Source: Eledone cirrhosa
Taxonomy: Eukaryota
Reading direction: 5' to 3'
DNA length: 64,000 bases
Assembly: GCA_964016885.1 (NCBI GenBank)
Contig: OZ024741.1
Coordinates: forward strand, 340,256,001 to 340,320,000
The notes under the pieces were generated by a model, which worked only from the letters and a program-made list of their open reading frames with translations, was not told where the DNA came from and searched no databases. Numbering within the stretch: position 1 is the stretch's first letter; the number at the start of each line of letters is the position of its first letter. The position numbers were made by a program, and so were the translations under genes. Shown here one piece after another: positions 1 through 13,302 of the stretch.

Positions 1-3000
1 ATGTTTGCTGTATTCAAGAGACCAGGTGGAGGGGTGGGTCTGCTAGATTCATTGTGGGTAAAAAACGATGCTATAAGCTTTTCTGGGTGGGAAATGACGA
101 TGGGCTGGGTGGGGTAGGAATCATGTTAGCAGAAAAATGGGTAGATATGATAAAAGACGTAAATAGAGTGAACGACAGAATAATTAAAATAAGACTTGTC
201 CTAAATAGAACTACTGTGACAGTAATATCTGCGTACGCACACCAATCCGGACTGCCTGGCGTTATAAAAGACAGATTCTCTGAGACATTGATGCTCACTA
301 CCTCCCAAATAACCGACAATGACTACATAATTATTGCTGGCGACCTAAATGGTCACGTTGGACAACATTGTGATGGCTATGACGGAATCCATGGAGGCTA
401 TGGGTTTGGTACTAGAAATGAGGAAGGCTCCAGAATCCTGGAATTCTGTGACGCAAATAACCTAACTGTCTGTAACACTAACTTCAAAAAACGAGACAAA
501 CACTTGATCACCTATAGATCGGGGGAACACGCCAGTGAGATAGATTATATCCTTACCAGGAGACGTTATAGTGTCTGTTGTAAACAATAAATCCCTCCCC
601 CCATGAAGAATGCACCTCCCAACATAAACTCATAATCAGCGACCTCATAGTCAGGACAAGACGTACTCGACAACAGAGGAGGACTATCCTCAGGAGAAAA
701 ATATGGAAGCTAAAGGACCCCACAGCCAGTAATAAATTTAAAAGTATATTACTTGATGCTTTTGAGAAGAAGGAAGAGCAATTAGAGTCGTACAATATAG
801 AGGAACAGTAGGAATTCCTCAAAGCTAACCTGCTGAAGGCGGCAGAGGATGTCTGTGGCTGGAGCAGGCCTATAGGCAGGAAGAGAGTAACGTGGTGGTG
901 GAGGAGTCAATTAAGGCCAAAAAGCAGGCTTGGAAAGTATGGCGGGATGAGGGAAGTAGAGAAGACTATCAAGTGTCCAGGAGGGAAGCTAGGAGACAAG
1001 TGTACTTCGCAAGAAGGGAAGCAGAGGAAAGAAAGTTCAAGCATGTTCTACAACGCGAGGACCAAAAATGTGAGGTGTTCAGGATTGCTTGGCAATGTGT
1101 CAAGGAAAACCGTGATATTGTCGGGGAGAAGTGTCCTTAATGATGATGGTGTACGCTGATAAGAAGGTAGCTTGGAAGTGTCACTACGAAAGGCTATTAA
1201 ATGAGGAGAATAATTGGGAGAAGGACAGTCTCTCCCACATCGATCCTATAGAGGGACCAGCAGTGCTAGTTGAAGGTAGTATAATATGTAAGGCAATCAA
1301 AGATATGAAGACGGGTAAGGCGGCTGGGTCTTCGGAAATAGTTGCTGAAATGCTGAAAGCATCTGGAGCGGTGGGACACACTATGGTCACCCGGATAGTA
1401 AACCAAGTCATACAGAATGGAGTCGTTCCGAAGGACTGGCGTAGCAGCATCATCATTAACTGCTACAAGGGTAAAGGAGATGCCCTATATACGGGTAACT
1501 ATAGAGGCATTAAATTAATCGACCAGGTCATGAAGGTCACAGAAAAAGTAATAGCGCAACTCATCAGAGAGCGAATTGATCTAGATGAAATGCAGTTCGG
1601 GTTTGTGTCAGGTAAAGTACCACAAACGCTCTTTTCATTGTACGACAACGACAGGAGTACCTAGCTAAAAGTAAACCCCTATACTTAGCTTTTGTTGACT
1701 TGGAGAAAGCCTTCGACAGAGTCCCCCGTTCTATTATCTGGTGGGCTCTTAGAAAACTAGGTGTCGATGAATGGCTTGTGAGAGCTATACAAGCCATGTA
1801 TAAAGAAACAGTCAGCAAGGTTAGAATTAACAACGAATATAGTGAAGAGTTTAGCGTAAAAGTTGGTGTTCATCAGGGCTCCGTCCTTAGCCCCCTCCTA
1901 TTTATTATTGCCCTTCAGGCTATAACAGGAGTTCAAGACTGGCTGCCTATGGGAACTCCTATACGCAGATGATCTAACGCTCATAGCTGAATCAATGGCC
2001 GAACTAGAGAAGAAATTCCGAATATAGAAGCATAGCCTAGAATCAAAAGGCCTTAAAATTAACCTGTCTAAGACTAAAGATCTAGTTTGTAGGAAGGAAA
2101 ATAGGGCACCAGTCCCATCTGGGAAATGGCCATGCTCAGTGTGTAGGAAAGGAGTAGGCAGAAACTTCATTTTATGTCCCAAATGCAAAGTATGGGTGCA
2201 AAAAAAATGTAGTGGGATCACAGGTAAGCTAACTAAAAATATAGATTTTATATGTGGCCGGTGCTCAGGTGCAATAAGTAGTAGCAAGTGCCCACAGAAT
2301 ACTAGCTCATTCCATTGCACAGATGGTTCTATAGAAATAGTGGACACCTTCCGTTACCTGGGTGACAAAATCAGCAGTGGTGGAGAGTGCTCTGAAAGTA
2401 CAGTAGCTAGAGTCAGAACGGGATGGAAAAAGTTCAGAGAGCTATTGGCCGCTAAAGAGTTCACTCTAAAAATTAAAGGCAGGCTGCATGATGCCTGGAT
2501 ACGAACAGCAATTTTGCATGGCAGTGAGACCTGGGCATTGTGTGCAGAGTATATACCCAGACTGGAGAGGAACGAAGCTTGCATGCTCCGCTGGATGTGT
2601 AATAGCAATATACGTGAACGGCAATGCATAAACGAACTAAGGGAGAAATTAGGAATAAGAGGGATCAGATGCTGTTTACTCGAGAGAAGACTACGTTGGT
2701 ACGGTCACGTGATGCGCATGAAAGACGACAGCTGTATAAAAAAAGTGCAGGGCGATAAAAATAGACGGTAGCCACGGAGTAGGCAGACCCAGTAAAACCT
2801 GGGACGACTTGATAAATTCCGACCTCACACACTTACACCTCTCCAAGACAATGTCACTGGACCGAGATCTTTGGCGCTACACAGAAATACAGAAGACCCG
2901 CCTTACCTAAGTACAAAGTGAAACCTACTACAGTCAGTAGACACCTCTAACAAAAATACACCCCCGTCCCACTACCCCCACCCCATCCACACCACTCCTT

Positions 3001-3299
3001 CCAATGTAAAGTTATGTTGGTACCACAACATCCAGACCGAAACAAATGAGGTCGTGTAGGTGTCACAACAAAAAAACACACAGTCCACGCTGTAATGTGA
3101 CCGTGTAGGTAACATAGTAAAAACCTCCCAGTCCACACTGTAAACGTGGTTGGTGTTAGGAAGGGCATCCAGCCGTAGAAAACCCGCCAGACAGTCCTAT
3201 ACGAGCAAGACAACTAATCTTGCCTCAAATGGGAAAATTCCCGTCCAAACCCATGCTAGCGTGAAAGATGGACGTTAAACGATGATGATGATGATGATG
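1..3299 (+). mobile_element. RTE-clade non-LTR retrotransposon, degenerate, 5' end outside window
   Basis: AP endonuclease motifs (CCIQETRW, GDLNGHVG, IDYIL), RT motifs (DLEKAFDRVP, GVHQGSVLSP, LLYADD), a PHD-like finger and RRLRWYGHV. Frameshifts and stops are present. The 3' tail is (GAT)n at ~3281-3299. Confidence 0.93.
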
Positions 3300-3319
3300 A
3301 CACATATATATGTATATAT

Positions 3320-4460
3320 ATTCTGGTGAATTCTATCAACAGGTCTCTCGGGTAGCGATGGGAACCAGAATGGGCCCAAACTATGCCAACTTGTTTGTTG
3401 GCTACGTCGAAGCCCAGATCTTCTCCCAGTCTGCTGGACCTACTCCTGAGCTATACGGTCGTTATATCGACGACTTTATTGACGCCACCTCTCTATCATG
3501 TGAACAGCTCGACTGCTTTCTATCTTTTGTCCAATCTTTTCATCCTGCTCTCACCTTCACCAACTCCGTCTTCAATTCTTCTGTCCCTTTTCTCGATATC
3601 TCTATCTATCAATCACTCTCACCACACCCTCTCTACTTCCATTTTCTATAAACTGACTGACTCCCACTCTTACCTCGACTTCACCTCCTCCCATCCAACC
3701 CACAACAAACACTCCTATTCCCAATTCCTCTGTCTTCGTCGGCTCTGTAGTCAGGACCACAATTTCAAAACCCATTCCCTTCATATGACCTCTTGCTTCA
3801 TCCAACGTGGATATCCCCGCCACCCTGATCCAAGCTGCTCTCACCCACACCCATGAAACCAACCATACCACAGCCCTCTCACCTCACCAGCACCCTCCCA
3901 ACACCCACCTTCCTTTCCCTCTCACCTACCATCCCATCACCCTACCACTCTGACGACATATTCTCCATTTCTTCCGCACCCTCTCTTCTGACTCCGTCAC
4001 TTCTAACTATTTTCCTAACCCACCTATTAACGCATTTAAGCGCGCCTTTAACCTCCACAACCTCCTAGTATGCAGTTCCTTCTCGTTCACTCCTACGACC
4101 CCACCCGGCTCTCATCCTTGTTCTCGTCCCCGCTGTAACACTTCTTTCATTTCCATCCTCACCACTCTCACAGATCCCAACGGTTCATTCCATATCTGCC
4201 ACTCCTTCACTTGCACCTCCACCCACTTTGTCTACGCCCTCCAGTGTTCCATTTTTGGGTCCTTATACATCGGACAAACGGGACGCCGTTTGGCGGACCG
4301 TTTTGCTGAACATTTGAAGGACATACGATTCGATTTGGATACTCCCGTCACCCCTCATTTTCATTCCCCTGATCACTCTTCCCTACATTTCTCAGTCCTG
4401 GGTGTCCTTTTACATCAGAGATCAAAGGCCTCACACACCAGAACTGAACAGAATCTGATT
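3320..4460 (+). mobile_element. Penelope-like element remnant (RT plus GIY-YIG endonuclease)
   Basis: RT motifs VAMGTRMGPNYANLFVG and RYIDD, then HSYLDFTSSHP. The GIY-YIG region reads YIGQTGRRLADRFAEH at ~4264-4315. Frameshifted. Confidence 0.88.
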
Positions 4461-4677
4461 TACAGTGTGTGCTGGGTGCTTTTTTGTCATGACACCTGCA
4501 CGACCACCTTACACTATAGACTGGGTGGTTTTAGTTATATCACCTAATCGACGACTTTACAGTGTAAGGGGTGTGTGGACAGAAGTGGGAGAGTGGTGTA
4601 GGGCATGTGGAGTGTATGGAAAAGGCTATAGTGGTTAACTGGTTAAGAGATGCCTACTGGATATATGATTGAGTCCA

Positions 4678-4722
<45 letters not shown>

Positions 4723-4777
4723 CTCATTTTTGTATTTCTTTTGCAAGATTTATTATGTGAAAACGTGTGTTGAAGCA

Positions 4778-5361
4778 GATATTGTTATATTTTAGGAGGG
4801 TCATACTGCCAATAAAAATACATGCAGCAGTTGAGTTTCACTTCAGTTTATTATTAAACTAACTAATCTATTCATGAGTTAGTTTAGTAAACAAATGGTT
4901 GTTTAATTGTCAATTGCCAAAGCTCTTTTGTTATACATTCTCTGACCTTCTCAATGGCCATTCTTGCTCTTCTGTTTCCTCTTTCTTCTAATCTTTTTCT
5001 ATTTACTCCATCTTGTCTTTTTGTGGTATGTATATCATCTGCACATGCATGTGTATTTGTGTCTGTATGTGTATATATATATTTGTGTGCTGCTACTTCC
5101 ATGAGCTTCATGTGTATGCTATGCTTGTGTTTATGTGTGTCTTTATGTTTTTTTTCTCCTCGAAGATTTTATGCACATGCATGTGTCATTTTTCCTCTTG
5201 TCTCTCACATGTCATTTGATAGTTGTTATGCTATTTTTGTATTTTTGTACTAAATTAACCAATGCATGGGTTAGTTACTTAACTAATAATGAACTGAAGT
5301 GAAACTCAATTGGTGTAAGTATTTATATTGGTAGTATGACCCTCCCAAAGTGGAACAATAT
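4778..5361. repeat. Imperfect ~120-bp inverted repeat pair (MITE- or Penelope-derived foldback)
   Basis: 4778-~4897 is the reverse complement of ~5243-5361 (ggagggtcatact...gagtttcacttcagtt). A related arm lies at ~52950-53020. Confidence 0.75.
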
Positions 5362-5796
5362 AAAAATATGTATATGCATATCTATATATGCATTCATATG
5401 TGTGTGAATGTCTGATTATATCTATTGTTATATTGGCAAATGATACCACTATCGACAGAAAAACTGTGCTCTTTGAACAATGTTCATTTCAAGCATTTTA
5501 CTGTAGCCAATGGAGCAAAGAAATTGCATAATTGGCTCCATTTCAAAGCTGTCACCAATGTAGCTATCCTTCACAAATTGCAATATAAAATAAATACATA
5601 AATAAATATTTTATTATTAGAATCTAAAATTAGTTCAAATCCCACCATGGTCAGCTTCGACTTTCATCCTTTTTCAGTAGATCAGATAGCACCATTTAAG
5701 TACACCATATAACTGACTGTCCCCTTCCCCAAAATTTCTGGCCTTGTGTTACTGTTAGAAATAATCATTAAAACTGAAAGCATTAATTCATTTCAG

Positions 5797-5884
5797 ATTT
5801 CTTTTTACTTGAACAATCTTGAAGAACGTAGAATATATCATGGGGAAAGACTCACAGCTCAACAGTTTAATTTACAAAGCGGCC
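5797..5884 (+). CDS. Host gene exon (phase 0-1), ISFYLNNLEERRIYHGERLTAQQFNLQSG
   Basis: tttcag acceptor and gtaagt donor; 88 bp open frame. Size and phase match the other short exons, and it joins 24073 in frame. Confidence 0.65.
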
Positions 5885-6523
5885 GTAAGTATAGTGCTTC
5901 CTGTTAATACATTATCAAATAAGAAATATAATTCACATATTTCAATGTCAATGGGAGCAATTCATAAAACAATTCAGCATTCTAAAGGTTAAACAAGTTA
6001 GAATGAATTTATAATGTTTATTAATATTTTTATTCTTTTGTTGAATTTTACTAAATAGACAACTCAATCACAAATCCTCTCAGCCAATATTACTAATTTA
6101 ATGTGAAACACTCAAATTCACGTGCTTTAGCAAAACTTGTGTAAATTTTAGATTTGGAATGGCTGCATTATTTTAACACTTTTGCATATATTGTTTGCAT
6201 GATTTTTAGGTATCTCATGATCAGATATAAAAATCATATTTATTTTTCTTGAAGAAAATGATGATAATATTGATTTCTTTATTGGCCACAAGGGCTGACG
6301 TCAAGAAAAACATTACAGACGGCACAGAACAGTACAGGACGGTACGATGTGGGTTTTGTGCGTGTAAAGATTTTTATTATTTATATAAGAAACGAAAAAG
6401 ACAAAAGACATAGAAACATATATATATATAAACAATAAAAATGAAAATTCAAACAATGACAAATTCCCCAATAGGGGAGAAACCTCCGAGGGTTACTCGT
6501 GGCGAAAACCACACAAAAGACCA

Positions 6524-7093
6524 AATAATAATTGTTTCTACTTTTGGCACAAAGCCAGCAATTATTCCAGTGCATTACTGGTACTTTATTTTATCGACCC
6601 TGTAAGGATGAAAGGCAAAGTTAACCTCGGCTGGATTTGAACTCAGACTCTAAAGGGACGTAACTATGCTGGAAAGCATGGCGTCCGACCCTCTACCGAT
6701 AATGCCAATCCACCGCCCTAGACCAAATAATAGTTGTTTCTACTTTAGGCACAAGGCCAGCAATTACCCAGTGCATTACTGGTACTTTGCCTTTCATCCT
6801 TACGGGGTAGATAAAATAAAGTCAACCTCGGCGGGATTTGAACTCAGATCGTAAAGGGACGTAACTCTGCTGGAAAGCATGGCGTTTGACCCTCTACCAA
6901 TACTGCCAACCAAATAATAATTGTTTCTACTTTAGGCACAAGGCCAGCAATTACCCAGTGCATTACTGGTACTTTATTTTATCGACCCCGTAAGGATGAA
7001 AGGCAAAGTCAACCTCGGCGGGATTTGAACTCAGATCGTAAAGGGACGTAACTATGCTGGAAAGCATGGCGTCCGACCCTCTACCGATAATGA
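6524..7093 (-). mobile_element. Three tandem tRNA-derived SINE copies (Nin/Deu-domain-like core)
   Basis: Three ~190-bp copies. The reverse complement has a B-box (gagttcaaatcc) and the core gcctttcatccttacggggtcgataaaataaagtaccag. Confidence 0.85.
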
Positions 7094-7389
7094 AGCAACA
7101 AGTCGAAAAATTACAGAACAGAACAGACAAAAACAAACACAACATCAAAAGAAAAACAAATTTCAAAAGTTTTGAACGCAACACCCTACCTCTCTCGTTG
7201 CTATGACTACGAGCTTAGCGTAGCTAAAATCAAAAACAGCAGCAGCAGCAACAACACTAGTAACCGATGTTACTGGCCTTGAAAAACAAAAAGGGAAAAA
7301 AACTAAGTCAGACATTCAAACATTACAATGAAACTTATGTTTATTTTTTTATGTTTTATTTATGTATTTATTTATTTTCGTCTACAACG

Positions 7390-9607
7390 TGGTGGTGTCA
7401 TGCTAAAATCACCAGTGGTGATGTAACCATACATTCACGAATCCTCGATATGAGTGTTTAAATGTCGAACCTAAACAATTCAAATAACAGTGAAAAGGAG
7501 ACTGGAACGTCATGTGAAAGACTCTCACCCAGCAAGTGCCCCCTGGCCCAGCAGCAGGGACCTGGCTGTCATCCAAATACTGCTGGTGTTGGAGGAAGAA
7601 GAAGGAATGGGACAAGAACCAACTGGACGAAAGAATTGAATAGAACTGTCATGAAATGTTATTTGAAGAGTAACCCCATGGAAAAAGGCTATCGGAAACG
7701 GATGCATAACATCTGGAACGAGATTGGTCTATTTAAATTAGGTGAACAAAAATTGGCCGGACAGGCTCGGGTAATAAGAACTAATGGGTGGATAAGCGAG
7801 TTGGAACTGGAGGAACTGAGCAGAGAGATTAGGTTGGAAATGGAGAGTGGAGTATGTCAGGAAAACAAGCCAGTGGGAAATGAAGGTGAAGAGGTTGAGA
7901 GAACGGAGGAAGCAGACAATGATCTGAATGCTGAAATAAATAATACCTGGAACAAAGATACGGCCATTGAGGAGATGAATGCTGACAGGCTAGGACAAGA
8001 TTTGGTTGATATCCTAAACTTAGTGGTAGATGAAATGAACAATGATAGTGGGGAAACCTATGAACCTAAGATTTGTAAACAGGAAAAAGTTAAAATAAAC
8101 AACAGCTAAGGTAAACAAGGTCATCCCATACCTTGAGGCGAGTTGGATGTACTTGTTGACACTGTCCATATTTTCAGCAATGATATATGTATGGAATTTG
8201 GTATTAATAGGTGTGGAGTCCTAGTGATGAAGGGGGGTAAATTGAGCAGAAGCAACGGAATCCAGGTACCAACAGGTGAGATGATAAAGGAAATTGACAC
8301 TGAAGAGGAATACAAATATTTAAGTGTTTTGGAGGCAGATGACATCAAGAACAAAAGAATGAAGGAATTGATAAGATCTGAATACATAAGGAGAGTAAGG
8401 AACATATTAAAATCACATCTAAATGTAATAGTAGGAATGTCATAAGTGCAGTAAATTCCCGAGCTGTGTCTATTATTAGGTACAGTGCGGGAATTCTGAA
8501 ATGGAACGTTGCTGAACAAAAAGAAATGGAGAGAAAGACTATGAAGCTAATGACTATCTACAACCTGTTCCTCAGAGGAGTGATGTCGGTAGACTCTACT
8601 TAAAGAGATTTGAAGGTGGAAGAGGTCTTATCAGCATAGAGGACTGTGTTCAGATGGAGAAAAACAATCTGCACAAATATGTGACTGACAGTAGGGAGCC
8701 AATGCTGAACATTGTACTGAAGGAGAAGACAATAGACCAGGGGATGTCCAAGGAGGAACAGCAACCTTCATGAAAAATCCCTTCATAGCACCTTCTTTAA
8801 GAAAACAGAATTCAGAGATCAACTGAGATGGAACTGGTTAAAAAGAGGAGACCTTAAAAAAAGATACAGAAGGAATGCTAATGGCTGCACATGATCAAGC
8901 CCTCCGAACGAAGTGGGTGAAACACCATATTGACAAGGAGGAGGCTAGCTTCTTGTGTAGGATCTGTGCAGAAAGAGAGAGGAAACTGTGGCTCACATTG
9001 TATCCGAGTGTAAACACCTAGCCCAAACTCACTATAAAGGCTGAAGACCTGATGTGATACGCAGGGTGATCTACTGGCACTATGCAAACTAAACAATTTA
9101 CCACGTTCTGAGAAGTGGTATGAGCATAAGCCAGAGTCGTGATAGAAAACGATCAGGTGAAGGTGTTATGGGATTTTAGGATAGAGACGGACAAGAAATT
9201 AGAACGCAATAGGCCTGACCTGGTGGTTTTGAACAAGGAAAAAATGATCGTGCCTGATTGTAGATGTAGTTTGCCCATTTGACACGAGAGTGCAAGAAAA
9301 GGAGAGGGAGAAAATTAACCGATACCAGTGGGATTTAAAAAGGATTTGGAACTGCCATGAGATCAAGGTCGTCCTGATTGTCATAGGCGCATTAGGTACT
9401 ATCTCAAGGAGTTTCCAAGGATGGTTAAAGAAGATTAGTCCACTCGTTTTTTGGAATGCTTCAAAAGGCATGCTTGCTGGGAACAGCAAGAACCCTCCGA
9501 TACGTCCTGAATGTCTGAGGCTGCAGGTATTGGCTTGATATTCATTTCAACAAACTTTCCAGTTAAATAACATCAATGATTGAGACTCTAATAATAATAA
9601 TAATAAT
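7390..9607 (+). mobile_element. R4/Dong-like (RLE) LINE with internal deletion
   Basis: N-terminal domain (WTKELNRTVMKCY...EQKLAGQARVI), partial RT (MEFGINRC, YKYL), HDQALRT, CCHC finger and RPDLVV...D endonuclease. (TAA)n tail at ~9588-9607. Confidence 0.85.
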
Positions 9608-10880
9608 CTGTCCGTAATGTGGAAACTGTTAAGCATTGTGTCTGAGGAAATCTGCTATCACCTCCACATAAACAACTTATTACCGGACAAACAGAAAGGA
9701 TCCAGAAAGAAATCCCATGGTACAAAAGACCAGTTACTTATTGATAAGATGGTAATAAGGAATTGCAAGAGGAGGCATACTGGTCTTGCCATGGGATGGA
9801 TAACCAAAAGCCTAGATATCTTCAAGGTGGCGGTCAACATCAGACAGCTATTAAGTAAAAGTATGAAGTCCTGGGAAACAGAGCTAACATCAGGTGGAGA
9901 ATCTTTGGGAGGCATGAAGAGCAAACTAAACAATTTACCACATTCTGACTGTAGATGTAGCCTGCCCATTTGACACGAGAGTGCAAGAAAATGAGGAGGA
10001 GAAAATTAACCGATACAAGGATTTAAAGTGGGAGTTAAAAATGATTTGGCACTGTCATGAGATCAAGGTACTATCTCAAAGTGTTTTCAAGGAAGGTTAA
10101 AGAAGATTGGTCCAGCCCCGTTTTTTTGGAACACTTCAAAAGCCATGCTTGCTGGGAACTGCAAGTACCCTCTGATATGACCTGAATAACTGAGGCTGCA
10201 AATAGTGGCTTGATGTTCATCTAGACAAATTTTCCAGTTAAATAACATCAATGACTGAGACTCCAATAACAATAATAACCTTCCAGAAGTACATAATGAA
10301 ACAAAGCACAATAAGTAACTGTAGAATGTGAAGAGATAAGGAGGAAACAATAAACCACATTGTTTCTGGATGCTCAGCTCTACCCAAAAGATAATATATC
10401 CACAGGCATGATAGAGTTGGGACCTTAATACACAGGAAGTTTGCCAGCCTTTCATCCTTACGGGGTCGATAAAATAAAGTACCAGTAATACACTGGGTAA
10501 TTTGCTGGCCTTGTGCCAAAAGTAGAAACAATTATGAAATACTAACAGAAAAAAGATGGTACAAATACACACCAGAAAAAATGTCAGAGAATGAAAAAGC
10601 AACCATTCTCTGGGATATGTCAATACATACAGACAGAGAGATCAAAGTCAACCAACCAGATATTATAGTCAGACCACAGAGATAGAAAAATCCTTTCTAA
10701 TATATGTATCAATCTCCACAGACAACAGTATAGACTCCAAGGAAATGGAGAAATTTCAAATATAAAGATCTAGAGATAGAAATAACTCAAATATGGAAAA
10801 TGAAAATAGAAACAATACCTATATGCTCTGGGAATGATTAAAAAATACACAGACAGATACATAACCAAAACCCCTGTACT
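9608..10880 (+). mobile_element. Further R4/Dong-like LINE fragments with a SINE fragment (~10443-10533)
   Basis: RT piece (QKGSRKKSHGTKDQLLID), a second copy of the 3' end (~9950-10270), and a CRM...ETINHIVSGC / ILWD / NQPDI piece. Confidence 0.75.
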
Positions 10881-12836
10881 TACAGTGTAACGACTAGCGC
10901 CACCTTTGCCCGGGGAAGAAAACTAATTGGAGTTACTTCCCCGTGGCCAGAATATAAGGGAGTGTTCTGGCGTCTCCTTCGGTCCAGCTTCTCCGAGCTG
11001 CACGCACATCTGCTGGGGACCTCTACCATAAGGCTCAGCTCAGATGCATTGGTGTTAGTTACTGTGAATTTATCCTGCATGTTCGTTTCTATGATCGCAA
11101 CTTCATCTGGACTCAAACAGATCAACGCTCAACCGCAACACTGACCATCAATTTTGGCTGTTATTTCTAACACTTTGCGCAACAGTTTTTCTGGGATTTT
11201 CTAACTGTGAATGAGTTGTTTCCCTTGGAACAACTTCAAAACGGCTCTGCGATTAACAACCAACAACAATTTTATCTTTGCTCTTCTCTCAACAACTTCA
11301 AACCGGCAGAACAACAAACAGAACTGACAATCCTTCTTGCAGTCATCTTCCTGTGCGAAATTTCCACCATTCTCTTTGAAGGTTGGGAATTTCACGTATT
11401 TTCACAATACAGAAACGACCTGCACACATTCTCTTTGGACACACTTTTTCCTACATTATTTCCCTGCTGCAATTGTGCTTCATTCCTGTGAACACTGTTT
11501 GAACTGTATTATTTTTCAATGATTTGTTCGTTACATTTTTTTTTGCATGCTTATTTTATACTTTGCTCCTTTGCAAACTTTTGTCATTTACATACCTTTG
11601 CCGTCCTTGTTTTGTTCTGTACGCCTTCTCGCTACATTTAACTTTTTAGGAAATAGATATCGGTGTACATGCAACATAATATAAAAGACAGTAAATACCG
11701 GTGTGTGTGTGGTAATAAAGTTTTTACTTCATGGAAGTCAAAGGCATTAAATATAAGGATTTGTTACCCGATGGTCATAATACAAGGCTGAAGTTGGTAG
11801 AGACATCTTAGGCTCTCATCTCAGGCTGCAAGTTGCATTGAGCTTGGTAACGAAAGGGTCGTCAAGAAGGAATCACAAGCTAAGGTCGAAGGTGTTACCA
11901 CTTCAGGAATCAGGAGGCGAGAGAGAGATTTCGTGGTAAACCGCTCCTTTTATATCTGTTGACCGGAAGTGACCACCAGGGAGTCTGGTCAATCCCAAAG
12001 GGAAGCAACTCCACCTACTTCCTGTCTAGAGAGCGGTGATGAGATTGTCATGGCAGGGGAGGCAACTCTTACTACATTATCTCCCGCCAGATTTTTAAAA
12101 CATAAAAATCGAAAGAAGCATGCATGGACTAAGATGGCGAGCATGTAAGAGGCATGAAAACTATGGTACAGAGTAATGGAAGTAAGAGAAGAGGTCAAAC
12201 GTTCAAATATCTAAAATACAGTTAACATGTGTGCAGTCACATGACAGCAGTAAAGAATGTGTTCCAGAGAATGAATGCAGGTGGTTTCTGGTCTGTGGTA
12301 TAACATGAAATGTCCAACTTCCGAAAGTAATTTCTCACAGGTAGTGCTGCAGAAATAAATTGTCTGGCTTGTTCTGCTGGTTTTAGTTGTTGATGAAGCT
12401 GTGTTGTTGTCGTTGATGTTGTGAATGCTTTGACCTGGAAGGGTCAAGAGGCCAGCGACCAGAGAAATAAGCATTCTTAATAAATGCGCGGTTTTCAACG
12501 GTAAATTTACGTGGTAAATTTATAAACCGGCAAATAGAAGAATATAGCTTAAAATCAAATAACGAAACGAAATTAAATTTCGTTTCATTTGTAACTCACT
12601 TTTGTATGACTGACGCTTAAACAATTAAGTTAAAAATGTACATCCACATATGTATACTGAAATACTAGTATGCATATGAATACACACACGTATACATATG
12701 TAGATGTACCGAGTTTTTCACTGGTCACTTTACTGTGAGTGTCCAGCTATTCTGTATGTAAACACACAGACAAACCGGTTTTTAGAGTCATACTGGTTTT
12801 TGAGGAAACACCTTTCCTCTATTCTCCAGAAAGCCA

Positions 12837-12892
12837 GGCAAGGAATATTGAACTAGTTTCGATGTTGTTACATCTCAACAGCAATATTTACC
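12837..12892 (-). ncRNA. Hammerhead copy with core mutation (CUGUUGA)
   Basis: catctcaacag instead of catctcatcag (position 12878), which changes the conserved A6. Confidence 0.75.
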
Positions 12893-13302
12893 TATCTTCC
12901 GGCCTCTCTAGAGAATCGTAAAAGCACATATCGTTATATGCTTTTTCTATGAAAATTAGTAGTGGGCAGACTAACTTGCATAGAGCATGAGTACGTACCG
13001 GTTCAACGGAGACGATAAAAACAAATAACGAAACGAAATTAAATTTCGTTTCATTTGTAACTCACTTTTGTATGACTGACGCTTAAACAATTAAGTTAAA
13101 AATGTACATCCACATATGTATACTGAAATACTAGTATGCATATGAATACACACACGTATACATATGTAGATGTACCGAGTTTTTCACTGGTCACTTTACT
13201 GTGAGTGTCCAGCTATTCTGTATGTAAACACACAGACAAACCGGTTTTTAGAGTCATACTGGTTTTTGAGGAAACACCTTTCCTCTATTCTCCAGAAAGC
13301 CA

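Noticed and set aside
7380-7460. Possible HDV-like ribozyme at the 5' end of the R4-like LINE
   Set aside because: I could not build the nested double pseudoknot by eye; an RNArobo or Infernal search would be needed.
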